A DNA stretch of 64,000 nucleotides from an uncultured Clostridia bacterium. Lineage in GTDB: Bacteria > Bacillota > Clostridia > TANB77 > CAG-508. A program made the translations under genes and the position numbers. Below are positions 17,952 through 27,596 of this stretch, in pieces (position 1 is the first letter of the stretch; every line of letters starts with the position of its first letter). Location of the stretch: the NCBI GenBank assembly GCA_944386385.1, contig CALXAV010000003.1, positions 19,376 to 83,375 on the forward strand, read 5' to 3'. Below the pieces are notes generated by a model. The model made no database searches. It had not been told where the DNA came from and worked only from the letters and a program-made list of their open reading frames with translations.

Positions 17952-19340
17952 TTAAAAATCTGCTTTGGTTGGAATCCTAATTACAACTTCTGTACCTTGT
18001 CCCACTACACTTTTAATATCTATACTTCCACCATTTTTATCAAGTATTTCTTTTGCAATAGAAAGTCCAAGTCCTGTTCCTCCCATTTCTCTTGTACGTG
18101 CTTTATCTACACGATAAAATCTCTCAAAAATTCTTCCTAAATCCTCTTCTGGGATTCCTATTCCATTATCAAACACTTTTATATATGCATCATTATAAAC
18201 AAATCCAACATATATCTTTATTTCTCCACCATCTGGAGTATATTTTATACTATTTGATAATATATTTAAAACAACTCTTTCTATATCATCCTTATTTGCA
18301 TAAACTGGTGGAACATCTGCTGTTACAAAACAGTTTACTGTATGATTCTTTTTCTTTATTTCTATTCCTAGCTTGTCCTGACATTTTTTAACTAAATCAC
18401 CTAAATCAAATGATTCCTTACTAACTGATTTGTTATTATTATCATATCTTGAAAGTGTTAATAAATCTGTAACTAACCTTGCCATTCTTCTTGCTTCTGT
18501 TGCAATTACATTCAAGAATTTTCCTTGAGTTTCTTTATCATATTCACCTTCTAATAAAGTATCTGCATACCCCATAATTGATGTTATTGGTGTCTTTAAT
18601 TCATGAGATACATCTGCAACTAATTCTTTTTGCATATTATCTAGTTTTACATGTTCTGTAATATCTTGGATAACAGCAATTACACCATCTGGTCTTTCTG
18701 TATCGTTCTTGAATGGTGCAAAGAATACATTCATATAGCTATCATCTACTTTTATCCTTTGCTCTGTTGATGTCCAATTTTCCAAATAAATAATTTTCTC
18801 CATATTAATATTTACATCATATTTTTTAAATATATCATCAAAAGTTTCATCTTCTGGTCCTATACTTAAAAACTTTTTAGCTGCTGGATTTATTAAAATA
18901 ACTTCCCCTTGTCTATTAAAAGCTATAATTCCATCTGTCATATGTAGAAGTATTGTTTCTATTTGGTTTTTCTGTGTTGAAACTTCACTTAGTTTTTCTT
19001 TTAACTCAGTAGTCATAAGTCCAAGGACATCTTCTAGGTTGTCCATATCAGTTTTCTTTTTTGATTTTGTTTTCTTTATACCATCTTTATCTTCTTCAGC
19101 AATCTTTTCAGCACTCTTTATTAATTTATTAATTGGATAAATTACAAATCTTGATAAAAATACAAATATAAGAATTCCTACAATTAAGAAAACTACTGTA
19201 CATATTATTAATGCCAAAAATGTATTGTATTTTATATTTGTGACAATATCTGAAAGCTCTGCTAAATTTTCTAATGTTCCACTTTCTATTCCATTATTTA
19301 ATACATTTAATGAATATAAATAAAAACATCCGAAGTCCAC
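17952..19340 (-). CDS. Sensor histidine kinase (HAMP-PAS-HisKA-HATPase); its N-terminal TM1 is encoded out of frame upstream
   Basis: H-box VSHELKTPITSI, N box LSNSIKYTP, G boxes FDNGIGIP and GGTGLGLSI. The ATG at 19404 opens a TM1 peptide in another frame (see finding). Confidence 0.85.
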   Translation of the reverse strand: MDFGCFYLYSLNVLNNGIESGTLENLAELSDIVTNIKYNTFLALIICTVVFLIVGILIFVFLSRFVIYPINKLIKSAEKIAEEDKDGIKKTKSKKKTDMDNLEDVLGLMTTELKEKLSEVSTQKNQIETILLHMTDGIIAFNRQGEVILINPAAKKFLSIGPEDETFDDIFKKYDVNINMEKIIYLENWTSTEQRIKVDDSYMNVFFAPFKNDTERPDGVIAVIQDITEHVKLDNMQKELVADVSHELKTPITSIMGYADTLLEGEYDKETQGKFLNVIATEARRMARLVTDLLTLSRYDNNNKSVSKESFDLGDLVKKCQDKLGIEIKKKNHTVNCFVTADVPPVYANKDDIERVVLNILSNSIKYTPDGGEIKIYVGFVYNDAYIKVFDNGIGIPEEDLGRIFERFYRVDKARTREMGGTGLGLSIAKEILDKNGGSIDIKSVVGQGTEVVIRIPTKADF

Positions 19341-19414
19341 CTATCAAAATTATTCCTACTAAGAAAAATACTAATATAATTTTAAACTGTATACTTTTTA
19401 TCATCGTTTTACCT

Positions 19415-20530
19415 CTATTTAACCAATTTTTTTATTTCCTCATATATTTTATCTTCCGCATCTACTGTTGATATTTTTAATGCATTTTCTCCCATCTTTT
19501 TCATTTCATCTTTATCTAAAACAATCTCCTCTATTGCTTTATTTAATTTTTCACCACTAATTTCATCATTTAATATTATTTTAGCTGCCCCTACATTTTC
19601 CAAGGCTTTTGCATTATATAATTGATGATTATGGCTTACATTTGGAAGAGGAACAAGTATTGATGGTTTTCCTAAATTTGATATTTCTGTGATTGTCATT
19701 GCACCACTTCTTGCTACAATACAATCAACCACATTCATAAGTTCTTCCATATTATATATGTAAGGTATTATTTTCATATTTTGTATATTGTTAATATTTA
19801 AACTCAAATTTTCTAATTCTTCTTTTATATTATCAAATTGTTTTGGTCCCGTTGCCCAAATCATTTGATAATCTTTATTCTTTTTATCTTTTATTATCTC
19901 TACAATTGTATCATTAATTTTCTTTGCTCCTTGACTTCCACCAAATACTAACACAATTGGCTTATCTGTTTTTAGTCCTACATCAGATATTATTCCATTT
20001 TTCCTTGATTCAGAATAATTTTGTTTTTTAATCTTTACAGGTGTCCCTGTAAAAACAACATTTTTACAATTTTTTATTCTTGGTACAGCATCTTTAAAAG
20101 AAACAAGTATTGTATTTGTTTTTCTTGCAAGCATTTTAACAGCCTTTCCTGGAAATGCATTAGATTCATGTAATAATGTTGGAATTTTTAAACTATGTGC
20201 AGCAGTAATTGTTGCACCACAAATATATCCACCTGTTCCTATTACTATATCTGGTTTAAATTCTTTTATTATCTTTTTAGCCTCTCCAAAACCTTTTAAA
20301 GTCCTATACATTTTTTTTAAATTTTCTATCGATATTTCCTTACTTAAACCATAAGCATCTATTGTTTTTAATTTATATCCTGCTCTTGGGACTAAATCAT
20401 TTTCTAATCCTCTTGTTGTTCCTATAAATACAATTTCTGAATCTTTTTGTTCTTTCTTTATTTTATTTGCTATTGCAAGGCCTGGATTAATGTGACCTGC
20501 CGTTCCCGCTGCTGCAATTATAACTCTCAT
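19415..20530 (-). CDS. murG: UDP-N-acetylglucosamine--N-acetylmuramyl-(pentapeptide) pyrophosphoryl-undecaprenol GlcNAc transferase
   Basis: MRVIIAAAGTAGHINPGLAIA..., GGSQGA motif, and dcw-cluster position. Confidence 0.92.
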   Translation of the reverse strand: MRVIIAAAGTAGHINPGLAIANKIKKEQKDSEIVFIGTTRGLENDLVPRAGYKLKTIDAYGLSKEISIENLKKMYRTLKGFGEAKKIIKEFKPDIVIGTGGYICGATITAAHSLKIPTLLHESNAFPGKAVKMLARKTNTILVSFKDAVPRIKNCKNVVFTGTPVKIKKQNYSESRKNGIISDVGLKTDKPIVLVFGGSQGAKKINDTIVEIIKDKKNKDYQMIWATGPKQFDNIKEELENLSLNINNIQNMKIIPYIYNMEELMNVVDCIVARSGAMTITEISNLGKPSILVPLPNVSHNHQLYNAKALENVGAAKIILNDEISGEKLNKAIEEIVLDKDEMKKMGENALKISTVDAEDKIYEEIKKLVK

Positions 20531-20590
20531 ATTTTACCTCCATATTTTATGAATAAGAGACACTTTTATTATATATATTTCCAAAGTGTC

Positions 20591-21730
20591 TCAAATTTTT
20601 ATTCTTTTGCTGATGCTCTTGATATATTTAATAAAATTCCCATTTCGCACAGTAATATAAATAGTGCAGTACCACCGGTAACTAAAGAACGGAAGTGGCA
20701 TTCCTGTTGCTGGCATTGATGATGTTACAACTGCTATATTTATAACTACTTGAATTGCAACCAATGCTGTTATACCAATTGCAAGCAAACTTCCAAACAT
20801 ATCTGGAGCTTTCATTGCAATTAATATACCTCTCCATATTAATATTGCAAATAATATTATTACTACTGCACAACCAATAAATCCTAATTCCTCTCCTAAA
20901 ATTGAGAATATGAAATCATTATGAGGCTCTGGTATGTATAAATATTTTTGTTTACTTTCACCTAATCCTGCACCAAATAAACCACCTGAACCAATTGCAT
21001 ACAAACTCTGAATAACCTGCCAACCATCTCCTGTTGCATCTTGCCAAGGATCTAAAAAGGTTAATACTCTTTGTAAACGATATGGAGATGTAACTACTAA
21101 AGCTATTACAGCTGGTATTCCTACAACTGCCCCTGTTGCTAAGAAATGCCAAAATTTACAACCAGCCATAATCATCATAATAGCACAAATTCCAATAATA
21201 ACAATTGATGCACTAAAGTGTGGCTCTAATAGAAGTAATAATATAATTGGTGCTAGAAAAAGTATGTGCTTTATAAAACCTTTTCCGTATTTTGAAAGTT
21301 CATCTCTATTTTTCACCAATATTCCTGCATAGAATATAATCATTAATATTTTTACAATCTCAGAAGGTTGAACTGATAATGTATCTGTAACATAAATCCA
21401 TCTTTTTGCTCCATTTATAGTTCTTCCTGCTACAAGTACTAATGCTAGTAAAATAAATGCTATTACCCATGCATGTTTATAAAACTTCTGATAAAATCTA
21501 TAATCTATTTTAGATATAAATAACATCGCAATTATTCCAAGTACTGCAAAAATAAGTTGCTTTGAAAAATATGAATAACTATTTCCATCTTCTGCTAGTG
21601 CTGATGGCGAACTTGCAGAAAGTACCATAATTAATCCAATAGATAATAACAATAAAATAGTTATTACTAAGGTAAAATCTATTGGATTATTCACAAAACT
21701 TGAAAAAGTCTTGGTCTTCTTCTTTGCCAT
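20591..21730 (-). CDS. ftsW: FtsW/SpoVE-family peptidoglycan glycosyltransferase (C-terminus frameshifted)
   Basis: SEDS motifs are present (RWIYV...QPSE, PEPHNDFIF). The C-terminus reads LPFFSYRWYCT... instead of the canonical SYGG... (see finding). Confidence 0.85.
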   Translation of the reverse strand: MAKKKTKTFSSFVNNPIDFTLVITILLLLSIGLIMVLSASSPSALAEDGNSYSYFSKQLIFAVLGIIAMLFISKIDYRFYQKFYKHAWVIAFILLALVLVAGRTINGAKRWIYVTDTLSVQPSEIVKILMIIFYAGILVKNRDELSKYGKGFIKHILFLAPIILLLLLEPHFSASIVIIGICAIMMIMAGCKFWHFLATGAVVGIPAVIALVVTSPYRLQRVLTFLDPWQDATGDGWQVIQSLYAIGSGGLFGAGLGESKQKYLYIPEPHNDFIFSILGEELGFIGCAVVIILFAILIWRGILIAMKAPDMFGSLLAIGITALVAIQVVINIAVVTSSMPATGMPLPFFSYRWYCTIYITVRNGNFIKYIKSISKRIKI

Positions 21731-21771
21731 ATAAATTTCTTCCTTCCTTAACTTTTGTTTCTACTATAATC

Positions 21772-22752
21772 TTATATAATCTTTAGTCCAATTATGCATA
21801 ATATTAAAGTTACCAAACTAAACACAACCACTACTTTATTTTCTTTCCAACCTGATAATTCAAAGTGATGATGTATTGGTGTCATTTTAAATACCCTATT
21901 CCCCGTCTTTTTAAAGTATATAACTTGGATAATTACAGATAATGTTTCAATTACTGGAACCAATGCAATTACTATTAATAATAATGGCATTTTTAGATAA
22001 AGTGCCATGGCTGAAATCACTCCTCCTAAAAGAAGTGAACCAGTATCACCCATAAAGACTTTTGCAGGGTGTAAATTAAACATTAAAAATCCTAAGATTG
22101 CACCTATTACAACACTTCCAAAAACAGATATTTCTTGATGTCCAAATAAGATTCCTATAATAGTAAGACATGTTATTATAATTGCACTTACACTAGATGC
22201 AAGACCATCAATTCCATCTGTTAGATTAACTGCATTTGTTGTTCCTAATATTACAAGTATAGCAAATGGAATATAAATATATATTGGCAATGTTATATAT
22301 TCTTTCATAAAAGGAATATAAGTTTCTGTTCCTATATGTAATCCATATACTAAATAAACAACATATGCTACAGATATTATTAATAAACCTAACATTTTAT
22401 AACTTGGCTTTAAACCTTTTGTATTTTTCAATACTAACTTTTTAAAATCATCTATAAAACCAATTAATCCAAATCCTATTGTAAGTAACAAGATTGGTAA
22501 TAAATTATTTGCTAAATCTCCTTGATTATTTACAGTTAAAAATATATATGCACCTGTCACTACAAGTATCATTGAAATAATCATCATAATTCCACCCATT
22601 GTAGGTGTTCCTTGTTTCTTTAAATGAGATTTTGGTCCATCTTCTCTTTCTATTTGTCCTACTTTAAATTTTCTAAGTATTGGAATGATAATCATTCCTA
22701 ATATAACTGTTACAAAAAATGATATTATTAATAGTGTTGTCTCTACTTTCAT
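21772..22752 (-). CDS. mraY: Phospho-N-acetylmuramoyl-pentapeptide transferase
   Basis: GPKSHLKKQGTPTMGG, NAVNLTDGIDGLA and HHHFE motifs. I preferred ATG 22752 (MKVETT...); the track ORF starts at TTG 22770. Confidence 0.9.
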   Translation of the reverse strand: MKVETTLLIISFFVTVILGMIIIPILRKFKVGQIEREDGPKSHLKKQGTPTMGGIMMIISMILVVTGAYIFLTVNNQGDLANNLLPILLLTIGFGLIGFIDDFKKLVLKNTKGLKPSYKMLGLLIISVAYVVYLVYGLHIGTETYIPFMKEYITLPIYIYIPFAILVILGTTNAVNLTDGIDGLASSVSAIIITCLTIIGILFGHQEISVFGSVVIGAILGFLMFNLHPAKVFMGDTGSLLLGGVISAMALYLKMPLLLIVIALVPVIETLSVIIQVIYFKKTGNRVFKMTPIHHHFELSGWKENKVVVVFSLVTLILCIIGLKII

Positions 22753-22792
22753 TATCCCAAACCTTTCCAAAGACAGAAAATATTCCTATCTT

Positions 22793-24265
22793 CTATTTTA
22801 TTTCATTTGTTATTTCTTTTACTATTTTTCTTTCATCAAATGGTATTTTTTCACCATTTATTTCTTGATATAATTCATGACCTTTTCCTGCAATTACAAC
22901 GATGTCCATTTTATTTGCCATCTTAATAGCTTCTCTTATTGCTTCTTTTCTATCTAAAACAACAGAATATTTTCCTTTTGTTTTCTTTATTCCAGCTTCT
23001 ATTTGATTAGCAATATCTTGTGGTTCTTCATTTCTTGCATTATCTGTTGTAATAAATGTATAATCAGCTGTTCTTCCTGCTATCTCTCCCATAATAGGTC
23101 TTTTGCTAGAATCTCTATTTCCTCCACAACCAAACACACAAATGACCCTTCCTCTAGTATATATCTTAACTGTTTTTAAGATACTTTCTAAACTTTCTGG
23201 TGTGTGTGCATAATCTATCATGATTGGTATTTCTAATTTATTATCTACCATTTCTGATCTTCCAGGTACTCTTACTTCTAATAAAGCTTCTTTTATAACT
23301 TCTGGAGATACATCAAATTTCTTTGCTACACAAATAGACGCAAGCGAATTATACACACTAAATCTTCCTGGTATTCCAACTTTTACTCTTTCATTTCTAT
23401 CTGTTAGTTTAGCTTTAAAGTCTGCATAAGTATTAGTTACTGTAACATCTCTTGCCATTACATTTGCAAAGTTATCTATTCCAAAAGTTGTTATATCACT
23501 ATCTGGAAATAATCTTGGTATTTTAGCGCCTTGAACATCATCTGCATTTACTACTCCTACTTTACACATTTGGAATAATTTTAATTTTGATTGTAAATAA
23601 TCTTCCATTGTAGGATGTTCTATTTCGCTTATATGGTCTTCTGAAAAATTAGTAAATACTGCAATATCAAAATCACAACCTGTTACTCTATGAAGTTTTA
23701 AACTTTGTGAAGATACCTCCATTACAACAACTTCTACTTTTTCTTCTACCATTTTACTAAATAATTGTTGTAATTCTAGACTTTCTGGAGTAGTTCTATC
23801 ATTTGTTTTTAACTTTTTTCCATTTATACAAGTCTCTAAAGTTCCAATTAAGCCAACTTTCTTACCTGCTCTTTCTAAGATTTCTTTTATCATATATGAA
23901 GTTGTTGTTTTTCCTTTTGTTCCTGTTATTCCAATTAACTTAAATTTCTTAGAAGGATTTTTATAAAAATTACATGAAACTATTGCTAATGCTTCTCTAG
24001 TATCTTTTGCCATAATAACAACAGTATCAGATTTTACTTTAAAAGATTTTAAATCACAACCTTCTTCTATTAAAATTGCTTTCGCACCATTTTTTATTGC
24101 TTCATTAATAAATTCATGACCATCATATTCAAAGCCTTTTATTGCAACAAACAAATCTCCTTCTTTTACTTTGTTAGAATTACAGGCAATACCCTTTACG
24201 TCAATCTCTAAATTTCCTCTTGCTTTTAGACCTTCTAGCCCAATTAATAAGTCTTTTATTTTCAT
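22793..24265 (-). CDS. murE: UDP-N-acetylmuramoyl-L-alanyl-D-glutamate--2,6-diaminopimelate ligase
   Basis: P-loop GITGTKGKTTT. The string TTDNARNEEP is a DNAR variant of the DAP-specificity DNPR motif. The gene sits in the dcw cluster. Confidence 0.9.
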   Translation of the reverse strand: MKIKDLLIGLEGLKARGNLEIDVKGIACNSNKVKEGDLFVAIKGFEYDGHEFINEAIKNGAKAILIEEGCDLKSFKVKSDTVVIMAKDTREALAIVSCNFYKNPSKKFKLIGITGTKGKTTTSYMIKEILERAGKKVGLIGTLETCINGKKLKTNDRTTPESLELQQLFSKMVEEKVEVVVMEVSSQSLKLHRVTGCDFDIAVFTNFSEDHISEIEHPTMEDYLQSKLKLFQMCKVGVVNADDVQGAKIPRLFPDSDITTFGIDNFANVMARDVTVTNTYADFKAKLTDRNERVKVGIPGRFSVYNSLASICVAKKFDVSPEVIKEALLEVRVPGRSEMVDNKLEIPIMIDYAHTPESLESILKTVKIYTRGRVICVFGCGGNRDSSKRPIMGEIAGRTADYTFITTDNARNEEPQDIANQIEAGIKKTKGKYSVVLDRKEAIREAIKMANKMDIVVIAGKGHELYQEINGEKIPFDERKIVKEITNEIK

Positions 24266-24337
24266 TTTCCTAATCCTTTCGATTATTATAATCTATAACA
24301 AAAATCTTGCTTACAATTTTGCTATATTATATAACTT

Positions 24338-24964
24338 TTATGCTTTTTTGTATAGACCTTTTTTTGTTTTAATTCCAACTATTATTCCTGCTACCACAAC
24401 AGCAGCCACTGTAGCAGTAACTAATTGATTCATACCCATTGATAATTGTAATGCTTCAAATACTTTTCCTTGTCCTGGTATAACATTGACCCAAGTAAGT
24501 AAATTAAATCCAAAGAATATAATTGCTGCTTTAACTAAAATTGCTACAACAGATGTTAATACATAATTTTTCTTTTTTTCTACATATATTTTTCTATACA
24601 AATAAACAAGTGCAAAATTTCCAAGCCAAATTGCTGGTATCATATAAACTGTATATATAGATGCAGTTTTAAATATAAATCCACTACATATTGCTGAAAC
24701 ACTTGGAAGTGTTATTATTCCTATAATTTTCTTATATCCTTTTAAATTAATTCCTGCAAATATTAATGCAATATTTACAATACTGCCTACTACATATTGT
24801 GAATTCGCCGCTATAAAACTTGTTTTTCCAAAAATTACTTGTAATAACTGTGGTATTATAAAAGGCGTTAATAATGCTCCAATTGCTATTAAAACAGTTA
24901 CTACTATTTCAGTTTTTTTACTTAAATCTACTAATTTTAGTTCAAAACAATTTTCTTTTTCCAT
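24338..24964 (-). CDS. Polytopic membrane protein of unknown function, inserted in the dcw cluster
   Basis: 208 aa with about 6 hydrophobic segments. No motif recognised. Confidence 0.5.
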   Translation of the reverse strand: MEKENCFELKLVDLSKKTEIVVTVLIAIGALLTPFIIPQLLQVIFGKTSFIAANSQYVVGSIVNIALIFAGINLKGYKKIIGIITLPSVSAICSGFIFKTASIYTVYMIPAIWLGNFALVYLYRKIYVEKKKNYVLTSVVAILVKAAIIFFGFNLLTWVNVIPGQGKVFEALQLSMGMNQLVTATVAAVVVAGIIVGIKTKKGLYKKA

Positions 24965-25023
24965 AAAATTCTACCTTCTTTCTTTCCCTCATACTATATC
25001 ACACTTTTTTCAAAAAATCTATC

Positions 25024-26871
25024 TTATTTTAGATATATTTTGCTTCCTTTATTTACTGTAATTCCTGCTTTAGGTGTTTGTTCTTCTACATAAGTGTTTT
25101 CTTTATCAATTTCCTCACTATCTGTCTCGTATACAGCCTCTAAATCATTTTCTTTTAATATACTTTCCGCTTCCTTCAAACTTTTTCCTAAAACATCTGG
25201 TGTTTGTATTTGTTCTACCACTTCTTCTCCTTCACCTGTTTGATTTACTTCTAAATATGGTAATATCTCACTAAATATCTGACCACCAACAGGTGCAGCA
25301 ACTCCACCACCTTGATGTCCTCCTTCTCCTGTTGGATTATAAAGTGTAACTAAAACAACTGCTTGTGGATTATCTATAGGAGCTACCCCTAAAAATGAAG
25401 TAACATATTTATTGGTATTTACACCGTCTTCTGATGTTCCTGTCTTTCCTCCTATTCTATATCCTGCAACTTTTGCATTTTTTCCAGTTCCTTCTGATAC
25501 AACTGATTCCATCATGCTAAGCACTTTTTCTGAGGTTTCTTTTGAGATTACAGTTTCATTTTTTTCTACAGGAATATCTGTTATTTCGTTTGTTTCACTA
25601 TTTATTATTTGTTTTACAACTCTTGGTTTTATACTTGTTCCTCCATTTGCAATTGCTGATATTGCTGTTACTAATTGAATTGGCGTTATTTCAAATCTTT
25701 GACCAAAACTAATTGTTGCAAGTTCTACTGGTCCAACTTTGTCTTTTTTCAAAAATATGCTTCCAGCTTCTCCCGGCAAATCTATTCCTGTTATTTCTAG
25801 CAATTTAAACTTTTCTAAATAACTATAATATGTCTCTACTCCTAATTTTTGTCCAAGTCCTATAAAAACAGGATTACAAGAATTCATTAAAGCTTGCCTT
25901 AAACTTTCACTTCCATGTGGTCTGTAATATCTCCAACATTTTATTCTAACACCTGCTACTTCAATTCCTCCAGTACATGAAAATTCTCCTTCATTATCTG
26001 TATCAGTAATTCCTTCTTCTAACGCCGCCGATGCTGTAATTAATTTAAAAACTGAGCCTGGTTCATATGTATCTGCAATAGCTTTATTTCTCCATACTGC
26101 CTGAAGTGCGGTCGTTTTATCTTGCTGAGACATGCTATCCCAATTTTGTTTTAATTCATCTGTATAAGGTTCAAATGGTTCATTTAAATTATATGAAGGA
26201 TATGTAGCCATAGCTAAGATATCTCCATTTTGTGGATTCATTACTATTACATTTCCGCCATCTGTACATTCATTGTCTATACAAGCTTCTTCTAAATATT
26301 TTTCCACTATTGATTGAATGTTTAAGTCTATTGTTAATACTAAATCATTCCCATCAACTGCTGGTACATAATTTTCTCCTTCATCACCTATTTCTCCCCC
26401 TTTTGCATCAGTATGCCTTTGAATACTACCTTTCTCGCCTTTTAGCTCTTCATCATATTTTGCTTCTATTCCGTCTAGTCCTTGATTGTCACTTCCACAA
26501 AATCCTATTATCTGTGATGCTAAAGTAGAATTTGGATAATATCTTTTTGTATCTTCATCAATATTTATACCTGTAAGTATTTCGTTTTCTTCCATCCATT
26601 TTCTTAATTCATCTGTCTTTTCTTTTTCTACTTGTTTTACTATTGTTTCTATTGAGCTTCTTTTAGTTACCTTTTTTAGTACTGTTTCATAATCTAATTC
26701 AAATAATTCTGATAATTTTTTTGCAACTTTTTCTTTATCTTCTTTAGAAATATTTCCAGGATTTACTGTCACAGTTTCAACAGTACTACTAATTGCTAAA
26801 ACATTTTTCCCAGTGCTATCGTAAATAGTACCTCTTTTTGGATTTATAGTTCTATCTAATGTTTGTTGCAT
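25024..26871 (-). CDS. Class B penicillin-binding protein (SpoVD/PBP2B-like, one PASTA domain); its N-terminal anchor is out of frame upstream
   Basis: SxxK is GSVFKLITAS, SxN is NSCNP, KTG is GGKTGTSE. The C-terminal PASTA domain is TPDVLGKSLKEAESIL. The anchor is encoded from ATG 27010 in another frame. Confidence 0.9.
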   Translation of the reverse strand: MQQTLDRTINPKRGTIYDSTGKNVLAISSTVETVTVNPGNISKEDKEKVAKKLSELFELDYETVLKKVTKRSSIETIVKQVEKEKTDELRKWMEENEILTGINIDEDTKRYYPNSTLASQIIGFCGSDNQGLDGIEAKYDEELKGEKGSIQRHTDAKGGEIGDEGENYVPAVDGNDLVLTIDLNIQSIVEKYLEEACIDNECTDGGNVIVMNPQNGDILAMATYPSYNLNEPFEPYTDELKQNWDSMSQQDKTTALQAVWRNKAIADTYEPGSVFKLITASAALEEGITDTDNEGEFSCTGGIEVAGVRIKCWRYYRPHGSESLRQALMNSCNPVFIGLGQKLGVETYYSYLEKFKLLEITGIDLPGEAGSIFLKKDKVGPVELATISFGQRFEITPIQLVTAISAIANGGTSIKPRVVKQIINSETNEITDIPVEKNETVISKETSEKVLSMMESVVSEGTGKNAKVAGYRIGGKTGTSEDGVNTNKYVTSFLGVAPIDNPQAVVLVTLYNPTGEGGHQGGGVAAPVGGQIFSEILPYLEVNQTGEGEEVVEQIQTPDVLGKSLKEAESILKENDLEAVYETDSEEIDKENTYVEEQTPKAGITVNKGSKIYLK

Positions 26872-27069
26872 ATATGCTAAATCTTTTAATTCACTTCCTT
26901 GTACAAATTGAATAAAGCCTATTCTTCCGAACTAAACAAATCAAGATTAAGAAACAAATAAATAGCATATTTCTCATTTTCCTTTTGTTTGATAACTTTG
27001 TCTCAATCATAAAAAAACCTCCTATTTAATTCTATTAGGAAGTTTTTCATTTATTCTTTTATAAAATTA

Positions 27070-27567
27070 TTATCTATTAAATATCTTATCTACAAACTTT
27101 TGAAACCAATTTTCATTATCCTCTATCACAACCTCTTCAGAAGCTGATTCTACATAGTCTTTTTTAGGTAGACTTACATATACAGTTTGTTTATTAGTTA
27201 GTTTTTGCATACCTAATTTTTCTTTTGCAAGTTTTTCTATATTAGTCAAATTTAAACCGTTTTGTATACTAACTTTTGTTTGCTCATTCTCTTTTTGTAA
27301 AGAAGCTAATTCTTGTTTTAAATTTTGCATTTCTGTGAATTTTTCATTTATTTGTGAGTTTCGGTAACTTATAGTAAGTAGAACTCCAAAAATAGCAATA
27401 ACAAATAAAGTCATTTTCATTTGTTTTTTCTTTTGTTCTTTTGATATTTGTACCTTTTGTCTTGGTACATCTTCTACTACTTTTAATTTTCTTTTTTGCT
27501 TTTGTGGTTTATAATCTGGCTCTAACTTTCTTGGATTTGTAGTATATTGATATCCACTTCTTGCCAT
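27070..27567 (-). CDS. ftsL: Cell division protein FtsL-like
   Basis: 165 aa with a basic N-terminus, a single TM helix (MTLFVIAIFGVLLTISY) and a coiled coil. It sits between rsmH and the PBP gene. Confidence 0.7.
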   Translation of the reverse strand: MARSGYQYTTNPRKLEPDYKPQKQKRKLKVVEDVPRQKVQISKEQKKKQMKMTLFVIAIFGVLLTISYRNSQINEKFTEMQNLKQELASLQKENEQTKVSIQNGLNLTNIEKLAKEKLGMQKLTNKQTVYVSLPKKDYVESASEEVVIEDNENWFQKFVDKIFNR

Positions 27568-27596
27568 AAGTTACCTCACCTCCTTTTCTTTTGCTA

